DNA of 32,000 bases from Trichocoleus sp. GTDB taxonomy: Bacteria > Cyanobacteriota > Cyanobacteriia > Elainellales > Elainellaceae. The notes beneath the pieces were generated by a model, which was not told the origin of the DNA, ran no database searches, and saw only the letters and a list, made by a program, of their open reading frames with translations. Of this stretch, positions 1 through 9,061 are shown piece after piece (position 1 is the first letter of the stretch; each line of letters begins with the position of its first letter). Where the stretch lies: the NCBI GenBank assembly GCA_036702865.1, contig DATNQD010000045.1:1-32000 (forward strand). Direction: 5' to 3'. Both the position numbers and the translations under genes were made by a program.

Positions 1-366
1 TGTTATGCTGACTTCTAAACTATTCTTCTTTCCAGGTTCTCGGCTCCCGTCGATACCCCTCAAACTCGCTCGCCTGAGCAGTACCTCGTTCACCGCTTTA
101 TCAACATATCTAATCCATCCCCACTCTGTCAACCCCTTCACTGGAAATTCCGTAGCCCTCTTTCAATTGGTTATTGGCTAGTAGCAAGACTAATATTTTG
201 TGTCGCGGGTTAGGTTAATAGAAGAGTGATAGGGATAGGCTGAGTTAGCCACTTCCCGCCAATTACACTTTTACCAAAAGCACATGTTTCCCTTACGAAG
301 AGAGAGGGAGTGTGTTGCTCTAGGCGATAATTGATAGGTTGTATTGCTGGAATTTGGGAGTTTGCT

Positions 367-1254
367 GTGAATTTTCAGTCGGTGATTGCGACACTACACC
401 AATTTTGGAGCGATCGAGGTTGCTTAATCGTTCAACCTTACGATACCGAGAAGGGAGCGGGGACGAAAAGCCCACATACATTCTTGCGAGCGATTGGACC
501 TGAACCGTGGTCAGTTGCTTACGTTGAGCCTTGCCGCCGTCCTGCTGATGGGCGATATGGAGAGAATCCTAATCGAGTACAGCACTACTATCAATATCAG
601 GTGCTGATCAAGCCATCACCAGATAATGTACTGGAGATTTATCTAGATTCACTGAGAGCATTAGGAATTCAGCCTGAAGATCATGATATTCGGTTTGTTG
701 AGGATAACTGGGAAGATGCAGCAGTTGGGGCATGGGGTGTTGGGTGGGAAGTCTGGCTAGACGGTATGGAGGTTACTCAGTTCACCTACTTCCAACAATG
801 TGGTGGAATTGACTGCCGCCCTGTCTCAGTTGAGATTACTTATGGATTAGAGCGATTGACCATGTATCTCCAGGGCGTTGATTCGATCTTTGATATTGCC
901 TGGAATAATGAACTAACTTATGGGGACATTTACCTGCAAGGCGAAATCGAAAATTCGATTTATAACTTTGAGGCTTCAGATCCGGAGCGACTGTTTACTC
1001 TGTTTGGTTTGTTTGAGCAAGAAGCAGAACGCCTGATGACGCAGGGGCTTGTTTTGCCTGCATTTGACCAAGTGCTGAAGTGTTCTCACACCTTCAACCT
1101 TTTGGACGCACGAGGTGTTATTTCTGTCACAGAGCGAACCCGCTACATTTTAAGAATTCGGAATTTAGCTCGACAAATCGCGCAACTCTATCTGAAGCAG
1201 CGGGAAGAAATGGGGTTCCCACTACTTAAAGCTGTACAGTCCAAGGCTGCTTAA
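367..1254 (+). CDS. glyQ: glycine--tRNA ligase alpha subunit
   Basis: ORF 331..1254. The translation has GlyQ hallmarks ([67 protein letters not shown]). GlyQ proteins normally begin near xNFQ, so the GTG at 367 is preferred over the TTG at 331. Confidence 0.9.
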   Translation: MNFQSVIATLHQFWSDRGCLIVQPYDTEKGAGTKSPHTFLRAIGPEPWSVAYVEPCRRPADGRYGENPNRVQHYYQYQVLIKPSPDNVLEIYLDSLRALGIQPEDHDIRFVEDNWEDAAVGAWGVGWEVWLDGMEVTQFTYFQQCGGIDCRPVSVEITYGLERLTMYLQGVDSIFDIAWNNELTYGDIYLQGEIENSIYNFEASDPERLFTLFGLFEQEAERLMTQGLVLPAFDQVLKCSHTFNLLDARGVISVTERTRYILRIRNLARQIAQLYLKQREEMGFPLLKAVQSKAA

Positions 1255-1418
1255 TACTTCTCTAGGAATGTCTGTTCATACAAGAACTGGGTCTTGCTCT
1301 TTCTCATCCAATCGCTAATTTTGGCGAACTAGCAACCTAGATAAGAAACAGCCTGACCCAGCGATTGAAGATTTAGGAATTGATTACGAGTTCTGACTCA
1401 TCAATTCTCGCTGCTCTC

Positions 1419-2180
1419 TTACCGTCTACCCCGGTAAGGCACTTTGTTGAGATAGTCTACATCTGCAGCACGGAGGTTTTGAGCATAGTTGCCTTTTGCA
1501 GCAATTGAAGATGCCATATCGCGGTATTTGCGGGGATCACCTTCTGCCAGTTGACGCTCCTGGAATTTGCGCGTGTAGAATTTCTCCACCACAAACCGCC
1601 AATCAGTTCTGACTGTGCCCACTTTTTCGCGGAAGTCCTCACCGTAGCGAGGTGTGACCAGGTTAAAAGGACGTGATTCCATCCGCTTGCGCTGGTATGG
1701 CACGGTGTTGTCACCAAAAGCGTTGGTATATTCCTCACTGTCAATCAGTGCATCAATGAAACCGTAGTAACCAAGAGTTGCAACCTTGATCGACCAAGCA
1801 ATTTTTTCATCTTGATTGTAAGGTGCACGGCCCAACAACCGCTTTAAGCAAATTTCAACTAGACGATAGTTGTCGTTAACTGAAACAACCTGACTATAAA
1901 ACCGCTCAGATTTTGCCAAGCCACGAACAAAATCACGCACACTGATTGCCCGGTTTTTCAACTGGGATTCCAACGCAGACAGGCGGTTGAACTTGAGGAT
2001 CTGATGCTCGCTGAATACTTGCCGATATGCTGCCCAAATCACTTCGCGCAGCTCAGCATCAGAAGCAGCATTTTCTATGCGATAGATATAGGGCGTATCT
2101 TCATCTTCGTCGGACTTGCCAAAGCTGGAAACCCGCTGATTTTGCGTTGATAGCTTATAGTCAAGCAACGGCAATGCCAT
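1419..2180 (-). CDS. cpcG: phycobilisome rod-core linker, CpcG family (4th tandem copy)
   Basis: 253 aa. N-terminus is [13 protein letters not shown]-linker domain is present ([57 protein letters not shown]). It is the last gene of the cpc operon. Confidence 0.9.
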   Translation of the reverse strand: MALPLLDYKLSTQNQRVSSFGKSDEDEDTPYIYRIENAASDAELREVIWAAYRQVFSEHQILKFNRLSALESQLKNRAISVRDFVRGLAKSERFYSQVVSVNDNYRLVEICLKRLLGRAPYNQDEKIAWSIKVATLGYYGFIDALIDSEEYTNAFGDNTVPYQRKRMESRPFNLVTPRYGEDFREKVGTVRTDWRFVVEKFYTRKFQERQLAEGDPRKYRDMASSIAAKGNYAQNLRAADVDYLNKVPYRGRR

Positions 2181-2404
2181 GCTGATATCTCCCTTTTGTA
2201 ATGGTGATGTCCAAAATTAAGTTGATTGCACTGGATTGAACTGCAACTGGGCAACGCGATCGGTTTATTCTCTTAGAATGTGCCTTGGGTCACGGGCTCA
2301 AACCAGTTCGCTCTAAAGCTTATTATCCCGTGGAATGGGGCGGAGTGGATAAGGAATGAGGAATTAAGCGAGATTGAGGGATGAAAAGTAAGGGATGAAA
2401 TGGG

Positions 2405-3142
2405 TTAGCTGCCTGTGGTGGGTAGATTACCTACCAGTAGTGTGATTACACCAAGCAGGAATAGCAGGAGAATCACTCCGGCAACTCTGCCCCAGTTTGT
2501 AGTTTGTACAAAGGTTTCCATCTCAAACGGTTCATTGAAGTTGAGGTTAAAGCGACTGACTGAAACATAAGGTTTGGCTTCAGGGAGACTGTCTCGGTAG
2601 TCTGCACCATAGCGGGGGGTGAAACTGAACGGGCGATCGGTCATGCGCTTCCGCTGATAAGGCACAACGCTGTCGCCAAAGTTTACGGTGTATTCCTCGC
2701 TGTCTAGCAATGCATCTACAAAGCTGCTCCAGCCAAGCGTTGCAATCTGCACTGACCAGGCAATCTCTTCCTCTTGATTGTATGGGGCGCGACCAAGCAA
2801 CCGCTTCAAGCACATTTCAACGAGCCGATAGTTATTGTTTGGCTCCACTACAAGTTGATAGAACCGCTCAGACTTTGTTAGTCCTCGAACAAAATCACGG
2901 ACTGAGATGGTGTGATTCTTTAGCTGGGTTTCCAGCACGACCTGTCGGTTGAATTGGAGCATTTCCTGCTCATTAAATATCTGCCGATAGGTTGCTCGAA
3001 TCAGTGCATCCATTTCACTAGCTGTAGTAGCGTTGTCCAGTCGATACAGGTGAGGTGTATCTTCGTTGAGGTCAGATATTCCGAAACTTGACACTCGCTG
3101 ATTTCGAGTCGTCGGTTTGTAGTCTAGTAGAGGTAACGTCAT
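2405..3142 (-). CDS. cpcL: CpcL-type phycobilisome rod linker (CpcG paralog with C-terminal membrane anchor)
   Basis: The ORF track gives 2405..3229. The conserved CpcG N-terminus [10 protein letters not shown] begins at the ATG at 3142, preceded by a GGAGAA SD. A PBS-linker domain is present. The C-terminus [19 protein letters not shown] is a hydrophobic helix, as in CpcL. Confidence 0.85.
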   Translation of the reverse strand: MTLPLLDYKPTTRNQRVSSFGISDLNEDTPHLYRLDNATTASEMDALIRATYRQIFNEQEMLQFNRQVVLETQLKNHTISVRDFVRGLTKSERFYQLVVEPNNNYRLVEMCLKRLLGRAPYNQEEEIAWSVQIATLGWSSFVDALLDSEEYTVNFGDSVVPYQRKRMTDRPFSFTPRYGADYRDSLPEAKPYVSVSRFNLNFNEPFEMETFVQTTNWGRVAGVILLLFLLGVITLLVGNLPTTGS

Positions 3143-3401
3143 GAGGTTTCTCCTGAAAAACTGCAATCCTACGTCTATGTTCGATGACAACTGGATGGGT
3201 TTTGTGAGTGATCTACCTGAATGAACCAATAAGTTTTCTAGTTTGAACAGCAGGAAAGCAGTCTCCCTGGCAGCAGTTCAAAAGTGTCACTCGCTCATTT
3301 AGGAAGACAAGCATGAAATAGACCTCTTGCAGCGATCGAACCGAGTTTTCATGATGCAGTGATGCAAGAGATCAGGAGTGTGTGAAGCAAACCTGTTTGG
3401 A

Positions 3402-3477
3402 GTAATTGGGGATAGGTAATTGGTCAAATTCAACTACAAATAAGTGATTGCCCGCCACCTACCACCCATTACCCATC
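3402..3477 (-). repeat. inverted heptamer-repeat hairpin just 3' of the second cpcG copy
   Basis: GATAGGTAATTGGT (3411-3424) pairs with ACCCATTACCCATC (3464-3477) at 12 of 14 positions. The right arm has period-7 units CCACCTA CCACCCA TTACCCA. It shares the 10-mer GGTAATTGGT with position 7211. Confidence 0.5.
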
Positions 3478-3494
3478 GGTTTGAACCCGGAAGG

Positions 3495-4235
3495 TTATCG
3501 CACTGGGAAGCTTGCCGAGGTGTTGATTGAAACAGGCGTATTTGGCTTCGTACTGCGGGTCATATCAGGAATCGTGATATTTGCCGTGTTAACTGAAACC
3601 GTCTTGCTTGGGGTGATCTGGATCGATCGTGCCATGTCACGGAAGTTGTTGATGTCGCCCCACTTATACCGTTGTGACTCAAGTTGATCCCGCCAGTAGT
3701 TACCGTAGCGAGGCGTCACTAAATTAAATGGACGATCTTTATAGCGACGACGCTGAGATGGAACTGTGTTGTCACCAAAGTTAACGCCGTATTCTTCACT
3801 GTCTACCAGCGCATCAACAAAGCTATCAAATCCTTTTGTCGCAATTTTGATCGACCAAGCAATTTTTTCATCTTCGTTGTAGGGCGATCGACCTAATAAG
3901 CGCTTCAGGCACAGCTCTACAACTCGGTAGTTGGAATTTGTTTCAACTACTAACCGCCGGAAAGTTTCAGACTTTGCTAGCCCTCGCACAAAATCGCGCA
4001 CTGTGATCGATCGGTTTTTGACCTGCGATTCCAGATTAGAGAGACGATTGCTCTTGAGAATGACGTGCTCACTGAACACCTGACGGTAAGCTGCCCAGAT
4101 AAGCTGTTCTAAATCGCTGTTGTCGGTGCAGTTTTCAAGACGGTAGATATAGGGGGTATCTTCGCCAGGAACTTCATAGCCAGGAACGCGATGATTCCGG
4201 GAAGAAGGAGTGTACTCGAGAAGAGGAATTGCCAT
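3495..4235 (-). CDS. cpcG: phycobilisome rod-core linker, CpcG family (2nd tandem copy)
   Basis: 246 aa. N-terminus is [13 protein letters not shown]-linker motifs are present ([45 protein letters not shown]). Confidence 0.9.
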   Translation of the reverse strand: MAIPLLEYTPSSRNHRVPGYEVPGEDTPYIYRLENCTDNSDLEQLIWAAYRQVFSEHVILKSNRLSNLESQVKNRSITVRDFVRGLAKSETFRRLVVETNSNYRVVELCLKRLLGRSPYNEDEKIAWSIKIATKGFDSFVDALVDSEEYGVNFGDNTVPSQRRRYKDRPFNLVTPRYGNYWRDQLESQRYKWGDINNFRDMARSIQITPSKTVSVNTANITIPDMTRSTKPNTPVSINTSASFPVR

Positions 4236-4248
4236 TGGAGTTTGTAAA

Positions 4249-4269
4249 AGGATGAAGGATGAAATGAGG
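4249..4269. repeat. tandem heptamers AGGATGA AGGATGA AATGAGG in the spacer between the first and second cpcG copies
   Basis: Read directly from the sequence at 4249-4255, 4256-4262 and 4263-4269. Confidence 0.7.
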
Positions 4270-4285
4270 AGAGATTGAAGACAGT

Positions 4286-5125
4286 TTAGGCTTTGGGTGT
4301 ACCGTACAGATAGCGATAAGGGAGGGCTACTTTAGGCGGTTTCACGCTGGGTTTACTTAGTTCACTGCTGCGACTAGAGTCGGGAACCTTAACTGAACTT
4401 GAGGTTGCTCTTGCCACATCACGCTGTGAATCAACCTGCGGGATCAGCATTGTCTTCGTCATGTTGAAGAACATGGGAGAGATTGCCTGACGAATAATCT
4501 TGCGATCGAGATTGCCGCTTTGATATTGCCGTACCTGATAGTAGGAGCGGTTTTGTAGCTCCATTTCCACCAACCGTCCACGCCAGTAGTCGCTGTAGCG
4601 GGGATTGGTCAGGTTAAAGGGGCTTACTTCCATTCGTCGGCGCTGATAGGGGACAACATCATCGCCAAAGTTTTGCTGGTATTCTTCGCCGTCTACTACT
4701 GCATCAATAAAGCCATGTAGCCCTTTCGTAGCGATGACGATCGACCAAGCGATTTGCTCATCTTTGCCGTAAGAAGCCCGTCCCAGAAATCGCTTAAACG
4801 TGAGATCGACAATGCGATAGTTCGAGTTCAGTTCCGCAATCTGTTCTCGGTAAACCTCTGATTTTCCCAAACCCCGAATAAATTCTCGGACTGAGATTGC
4901 TCGATTTCGCAACTGAGATTCTAAAAATTGCTGACGGTAGCTTTCAAGAATCAAATGTTCACTAAAGATCTGACGATAGCAAGCCCAGATAATCTCAGTG
5001 ACATCGGTATCAGAAATCGCGTAACTCAGACGATACAGCTTGGCATCATCTTCATCAGCGACATCATAACCCTCTACCCGTTGATTCTGAGTCTTTGGAG
5101 TAACTTTGAGGAGGGGTATCGACAT
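4286..5125 (-). CDS. cpcG: divergent CpcG-family linker (1st tandem copy) with a long Ser/Pro/Lys-rich C-terminal tail
   Basis: The ORF track gives 4286..5149 with a TTG start. The family N-terminus MSIPLLKV begins at the ATG at 5125. The PBS-linker domain is recognisable but more diverged ([34 protein letters not shown]). Confidence 0.8.
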   Translation of the reverse strand: MSIPLLKVTPKTQNQRVEGYDVADEDDAKLYRLSYAISDTDVTEIIWACYRQIFSEHLILESYRQQFLESQLRNRAISVREFIRGLGKSEVYREQIAELNSNYRIVDLTFKRFLGRASYGKDEQIAWSIVIATKGLHGFIDAVVDGEEYQQNFGDDVVPYQRRRMEVSPFNLTNPRYSDYWRGRLVEMELQNRSYYQVRQYQSGNLDRKIIRQAISPMFFNMTKTMLIPQVDSQRDVARATSSSVKVPDSSRSSELSKPSVKPPKVALPYRYLYGTPKA

Positions 5126-5172
5126 TCGCTTAACCTTAGTTATAGACAACTTTAAAAATCTGGCGAAATCTT

Positions 5173-5811
5173 TTAACTAGCGTCCGCCAGTACCTTTAGA
5201 GCCAGGAGACTTCTCGCCTGGACTGCTCGATCGGTATCTGTTTCACTCATCTGCTGGAGCCTAATTATCGTCTCAGGTGACGAAGGCAAAGCCAGGGCAA
5301 GGGCTTGAAGTCCCACAATTGCTGCATAGCGCAGTGACCAATCTGAGTCTTCGGTAATTTTAAGCAGGGACTCAAGCACCTGCTTTTGAGCCAAGGCGAC
5401 CTGCTCATCCGGTAGCAACTGCCATTGCAAAAAGCCCAATCCCTTCGTTGCAGCTCGTCGTACACTAGGCGCAAAATCTGCTTCAGCCGCAGCCAGTAAC
5501 ACGTCCAAGGCACGCGGATCACCAATTCCCACTAATGCCCGAATTGCCCAGGCTCTTGCCCCATAGTTGTAGTCATCCAGCAACTCCAACAAAGGCTTAA
5601 CCGCTGTCGTTCCCATTTCCACTAATCCCCGCACAGCGATCGCCGCTGCCCCAGCATTGTTAAATCCTAAGGCGCGAATTAGTGTCGGAATCCCTGCCTC
5701 CTGCCTTGCTGCCGCCAATGCCTGAACTGCGCTAATCAACTGCTCAGATGAACCTGCCTGATCAATTGCGTGAATTAAGGACTGGAGGCTAGAGGAATTA
5801 GTCGCAGTCAT
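5173..5811 (-). CDS. cpcF: phycocyanin alpha-subunit phycocyanobilin lyase, CpcF subunit (HEAT repeats)
   Basis: 212 aa, Ala/Leu-rich HEAT-like repeats (RAWAIRALVGIGDPRA, VRRAATKGLG, LRYAAIVGL). It sits directly after cpcE in the cpc operon. Confidence 0.85.
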   Translation of the reverse strand: MTATNSSSLQSLIHAIDQAGSSEQLISAVQALAAARQEAGIPTLIRALGFNNAGAAAIAVRGLVEMGTTAVKPLLELLDDYNYGARAWAIRALVGIGDPRALDVLLAAAEADFAPSVRRAATKGLGFLQWQLLPDEQVALAQKQVLESLLKITEDSDWSLRYAAIVGLQALALALPSSPETIIRLQQMSETDTDRAVQARSLLALKVLADAS

Positions 5812-5890
5812 GGGAGAGGAATAGGTTTTGGGTATTGAGGAAGTCGGGATAAATTATATGGACAATTACACTACAGGCAAGAGGGACATG

Positions 5891-6739
5891 CTAAAGCAAA
5901 CTATCCATCAGCGTCATCAGGTGAATTGCTTCTGGGGAAAGAGTTACTTTGTCCCTAACTTCATGTTCCAGCAAGCCTTTTAGAGAGAACAGCTTAAAGC
6001 TATTTTCTGCCGCTGCATTGGCAATTGCTTCTGCTGCCGGAAGATAGCCAACTGCTCCCAAATCAGACAAAGCAACACGACGTAAATTAATGTCACTGCC
6101 TGAAAGAGCCTGAATTAACCGATCGCCATATTGCGCTTCGCCTGTCAACTGATACATTGCCCTCGTGGCAGAGTATTGCACTCGTCCCATTGGATGCGAC
6201 AAAAACGGCTGAATCAAATCGATCGCCGTTGTCTGCCATTCAGTATTTGGAGCGAGTGCGCCCAGTGCCTCCATAACTGCCTCGTAAGGTTGAGCAAGAT
6301 GAGGACGACCCGGAACAAGCTGAGCTGCTGCAACACCACCCTGTAAAAAGGGCAATAAATCAGGTACACAAGATGAATCACTAAGCGTTCCAAGCGATTG
6401 AGCTGCTGCTTCCCGCACGTAAAAATCTTCGCAGAATAAACAGCACACTAAACCAGGAACGGCTCGTCGATCGTTTAGCTTTCCTAAAGCGCGCGCTGCA
6501 TTACGCCGCAAAGGATAGCCCCCTAACTCAGTACGGTCAGATTCATCTTCTAAAGCAGCAATCAGTGCATCAACTGCCGCTGGACAATCTACACGAAATT
6601 TCCCCAACCACCAGGCTGCGTAATATCGCAAGCTCAAGTCTGGATGAGTCAAGTTTGCAATTGCTTGCTCTACGGTCAATTCACCTGCTGAAGATGATCC
6701 AGAAGATCCAGCAGACTGTTCGGGGTTAGGCTCCAGCAT
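5891..6739 (-). CDS. cpcE: phycocyanin alpha-subunit phycocyanobilin lyase, CpcE subunit (HEAT repeats)
   Basis: 282 aa. Contains LSLRYYAAWWLGKFR and repeated HEAT-like units (RRNAARALGKL, VREAAAQSLG). It lies between cpcD and cpcF. Confidence 0.85.
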   Translation of the reverse strand: MLEPNPEQSAGSSGSSSAGELTVEQAIANLTHPDLSLRYYAAWWLGKFRVDCPAAVDALIAALEDESDRTELGGYPLRRNAARALGKLNDRRAVPGLVCCLFCEDFYVREAAAQSLGTLSDSSCVPDLLPFLQGGVAAAQLVPGRPHLAQPYEAVMEALGALAPNTEWQTTAIDLIQPFLSHPMGRVQYSATRAMYQLTGEAQYGDRLIQALSGSDINLRRVALSDLGAVGYLPAAEAIANAAAENSFKLFSLKGLLEHEVRDKVTLSPEAIHLMTLMDSLL

Positions 6740-6806
6740 GAGTTAGACAAAAACACAAATTGACAGAAGGCTACCAACAAACAACCTCTAAATGACACCG
6801 AATCCT

Positions 6807-6878
6807 CGTTTCCAGGTAAAGCCAGGGAAACCATTAACAGCTCAGCTTTCAAGCCTTACCTGGTGGAACCCGGAAACG
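6807..6878 (-). other. stem-loop with alternative pairing partners in the cpcD-cpcE spacer
   Basis: CGTTTCC (6807-6813) pairs with GGAAACG (6872-6878), and AGGTAA (6814-6819) pairs with TTACCT (6856-6861). A competing GGAAAC lies at 6826-6831. Confidence 0.3.
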
Positions 6879-6927
6879 AAAATAGGTGAACTAAAGTGGC
6901 TAAATGCTGATAGCCGATTGCAGCAAC

Positions 6928-7161
6928 TTAAGCAGTGAGCGCTTCAATCTTGACGATCTTGCCGCCCATCCGCAGAATACGCTGCATTTCGTCATTCATC
7001 CGGTTGTAGGGCACAGTGATGAACACGCTGCCGCTCTGACGGATGGAGTAGTTATTTTTATCGCTTTCCTCGTTCTGACGCAGTCCTACCACTTCATAGC
7101 GGAACATCCGGCTTCCCGAAGGACTATTTGCAGAACCACCAACCGCAGCTTGTCCAAACAT
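6928..7161 (-). CDS. cpcD: phycocyanin-associated small rod-capping linker CpcD
   Basis: The ORF track gives 6928..7197. The ATG at 7161 (MFGQAAVGG) has an AGGAGG SD about 10 nt upstream and matches the usual CpcD N-terminus. CpcD-domain motifs are present (RMFRYEVVGLRQ, SGSVFITVPYNRMNDEMQRI, GGKIVKIE). Confidence 0.85.
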   Translation of the reverse strand: MFGQAAVGGSANSPSGSRMFRYEVVGLRQNEESDKNNYSIRQSGSVFITVPYNRMNDEMQRILRMGGKIVKIEALTA

Positions 7162-7210
7162 TGGCTTTATACCTCCTGTAGTGATGATGTGAAACATATG
7201 GGAAATTGCA

Positions 7211-7278
7211 GGTAATTGGTAATGGTAAGTTCGATTGCTGACTCACAACCCATTACTAATTACCAATTACTCATTACC
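7211..7278 (-). repeat. inverted heptamer-repeat hairpin in the cpcC-cpcD spacer
   Basis: GTAATTGGTAAT (7212-7223) is perfectly complementary to ATTACCAATTAC (7259-7270). The right arm reads as the period-7 units CATTACT AATTACC AATTACT CATTACC (7251-7278). Confidence 0.6.
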
Positions 7279-7280
7279 GC

Positions 7281-8144
7281 TTATGCAGGTGAAACACTCA
7301 CAATTCTGCCGCCCTGCCGCTGAATTTGCTGCATTCTGGGAAGCAGTTGATTGTAAGGAACCAGATAAGCAGTGCTGCTACGACGAACACTCGGATATCC
7401 AGCTCCCCGTATTCCAGCCACTTCGAGGCGGAACATCCGAGGCTCATCACCTGTAACTGCACCACCCAGGCACTTTGCGGGCGCAACATCATTGCTTGCC
7501 CGATAGTGCGACCAGCTATTGCTGCTAGAAGGAGCAACGATCGACGAAGACTTGTTTTGTGCTAATTCACGAGCCAGACGAGAATTGTTTTGCTCTGTCT
7601 GAGCTCGATCGCTGTTAGCATAACCCCGGTACAGACGGAACATCCGGTTAAAGCCAACCGTTCTTGCACCTGTGTGGAAATCGAAACCCCGATAGTAGGG
7701 CACAATATTCTCACCAAAGGTTGCCTGATACTCTTCTGAATCGATGTAAGAATCGATCTCAGCGTCGTAACCTTCGTTTTCGTAGAGATCCAGGTGGAAA
7801 ATCACCTCAGACTCATCGTAAGGGGCACGACCCAACAAATGCTTGTAGTTGAGTTCAATGACCCGCGTTTGGAAACTGCTATAGAAAAACTTTTGTTTGT
7901 ATAGTTCAGACTTGGCAACGCACCGCACGAACTCCCGCACAGAAACTTTGCGGTCTCGCAACAGTGATTCAGCACTGATCAACCGCTCGGAAGCCATTAG
8001 ATAGTCGTTACCCAACACCTGACGATAGACCGCACGAATCACATTGTCTATGTCTTCTCTCGTCGAGGTCGGACGCAGTTCTACCCGTGCAGCATCACTA
8101 AATGCAGATGTTCCTAACCGGGAAGCTGCTGTTGTTACAGCCAT
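7281..8144 (-). CDS. cpcC: phycocyanin-associated rod linker CpcC (PBS-linker domain plus C-terminal CpcD-like domain)
   Basis: 287 aa. Linker-domain motifs are [27 protein letters not shown] and [14 protein letters not shown]. The C-terminal CpcD-like domain has [17 protein letters not shown] and [18 protein letters not shown] precedes the ATG at 8144. Confidence 0.9.
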   Translation of the reverse strand: MAVTTAASRLGTSAFSDAARVELRPTSTREDIDNVIRAVYRQVLGNDYLMASERLISAESLLRDRKVSVREFVRCVAKSELYKQKFFYSSFQTRVIELNYKHLLGRAPYDESEVIFHLDLYENEGYDAEIDSYIDSEEYQATFGENIVPYYRGFDFHTGARTVGFNRMFRLYRGYANSDRAQTEQNNSRLARELAQNKSSSIVAPSSSNSWSHYRASNDVAPAKCLGGAVTGDEPRMFRLEVAGIRGAGYPSVRRSSTAYLVPYNQLLPRMQQIQRQGGRIVSVSPA

Positions 8145-8380
8145 GAGTTATCTCCTCCAACAAAGCGAGCTAGCCAAAAGAAGGGATGAAATCGGAAAGA
8201 TAAAGGATGAAGAAAATTAAATAAACACAGCGAATCAAAAATTAAAGCAAAACGAGCAATGAAGGCAACACAGCTTTTGCGATCGAGGAAAAAACAAGCC
8301 CACCTTTCTACTGAAGAGGCGAAAGTAGCTTTAACTTATTCCTCATCCCCCATCCCTCATCTTTCCTATAGATACACTAC

Positions 8381-8436
8381 GCCCGGAAAAGTAAACCATT
8401 GCTAGAGACAACCAGCAACCGCATACCTCTCCGGGC
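8381..8436 (-). terminator. GC-rich stem-loop just 3' of cpcA (candidate partial terminator or mRNA-stabilising hairpin)
   Basis: GCCCGGA (8381-8387) pairs with TCCGGGC (8430-8436). An inner pairing is TTGCT (8399-8403) with AGCAA (8414-8418). The structure begins 11 nt after the cpcA stop codon. There is no clean U-tract. Confidence 0.35.
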
Positions 8437-8447
8437 TGCACGATCAA

Positions 8448-8936
8448 TTAGCTGAGAGCGTTGATCGCGTAATCGATGTAAGCATTAGCTTCAACAGCAG
8501 CTTGACCTGTGATACCGTGGTTAGCCTTGATGCTCTTCAGAGCTTCAACATACCAGCTAGGAGACAGATCAAAGGTGCGGTTGATTTCGTCCAGACCAGC
8601 AACCAGGTACTCATCCAGAGGACCGGTACCACCAGCAACCAAGCTATAGGTGATGATCCGCAGGTAGTAACCGATGTCACGAGCGCACTTGGACTTACCA
8701 CGAGCATCAGCAGCGAAGTTAGAACCTTGCTGTTGAGTTGTGTAAGGGAACTTTTGGTATACAGCATTTGCTGCACCATCAATCAGGCTCTGTGCATTGT
8801 TGGTCAGTGTGCGAGCAGCCTCTAGAGCAGCAGCAGCGCGCTCATAACGACCGAACACTTGGTGCATTTCAGCATTGCTGAGGAAACGGCCTTGAGTATC
8901 TGCAGCAGAAATTGCTTCAGTAATGGGGGTCTTCAT
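8448..8936 (-). CDS. cpcA: C-phycocyanin alpha subunit
   Basis: 162 aa. Starts [20 protein letters not shown]. The bilin-binding Cys sits in [11 protein letters not shown]. The C-terminus is [10 protein letters not shown]. Confidence 0.95.
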   Translation of the reverse strand: MKTPITEAISAADTQGRFLSNAEMHQVFGRYERAAAALEAARTLTNNAQSLIDGAANAVYQKFPYTTQQQGSNFAADARGKSKCARDIGYYLRIITYSLVAGGTGPLDEYLVAGLDEINRTFDLSPSWYVEALKSIKANHGITGQAAVEANAYIDYAINALS

Positions 8937-9061
8937 TATGTTATCTCCCTAATGTTTAATCCTTCAAAGTTTGCAGCGAGAAGAGATGTCATTAGTTATT
9001 TGCCTTGAATCATGCGTCAACTGCTAAAGCAAGTAACAGAGGACGATGCTCAAAGGACAAA

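Noticed and set aside
331-366. N-terminal extension of glyQ from the TTG at 331 ([12 protein letters not shown]...)
   Set aside because: The GlyQ family sequence begins at xNFQ. The GTG at 367 gives the conserved N-terminus, and the extension has no family-like sequence.
3324-3370. GGTTCGATC on the minus strand, resembling a tRNA T-loop
   Set aside because: The flanking bases do not form a T-stem (CTCGG versus GCTGC). No acceptor or anticodon arms could be built. It is better explained as the loop of a 7-bp hairpin (CTCTTGC/GCAAGAG) in the spacer upstream of cpcL.
8502-8825. 107-aa plus-strand ORF, and many similar track ORFs (e.g. 1457-1744, 2580-2813, 2710-2952, 5265-5525, 7298-7565, 9005-9244, 9250-9441)
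   Set aside because: These are antisense or out-of-frame shadows inside strongly supported cpc genes. Their translations are compositionally odd (Cys/Arg/Ser-rich) with no family resemblance.
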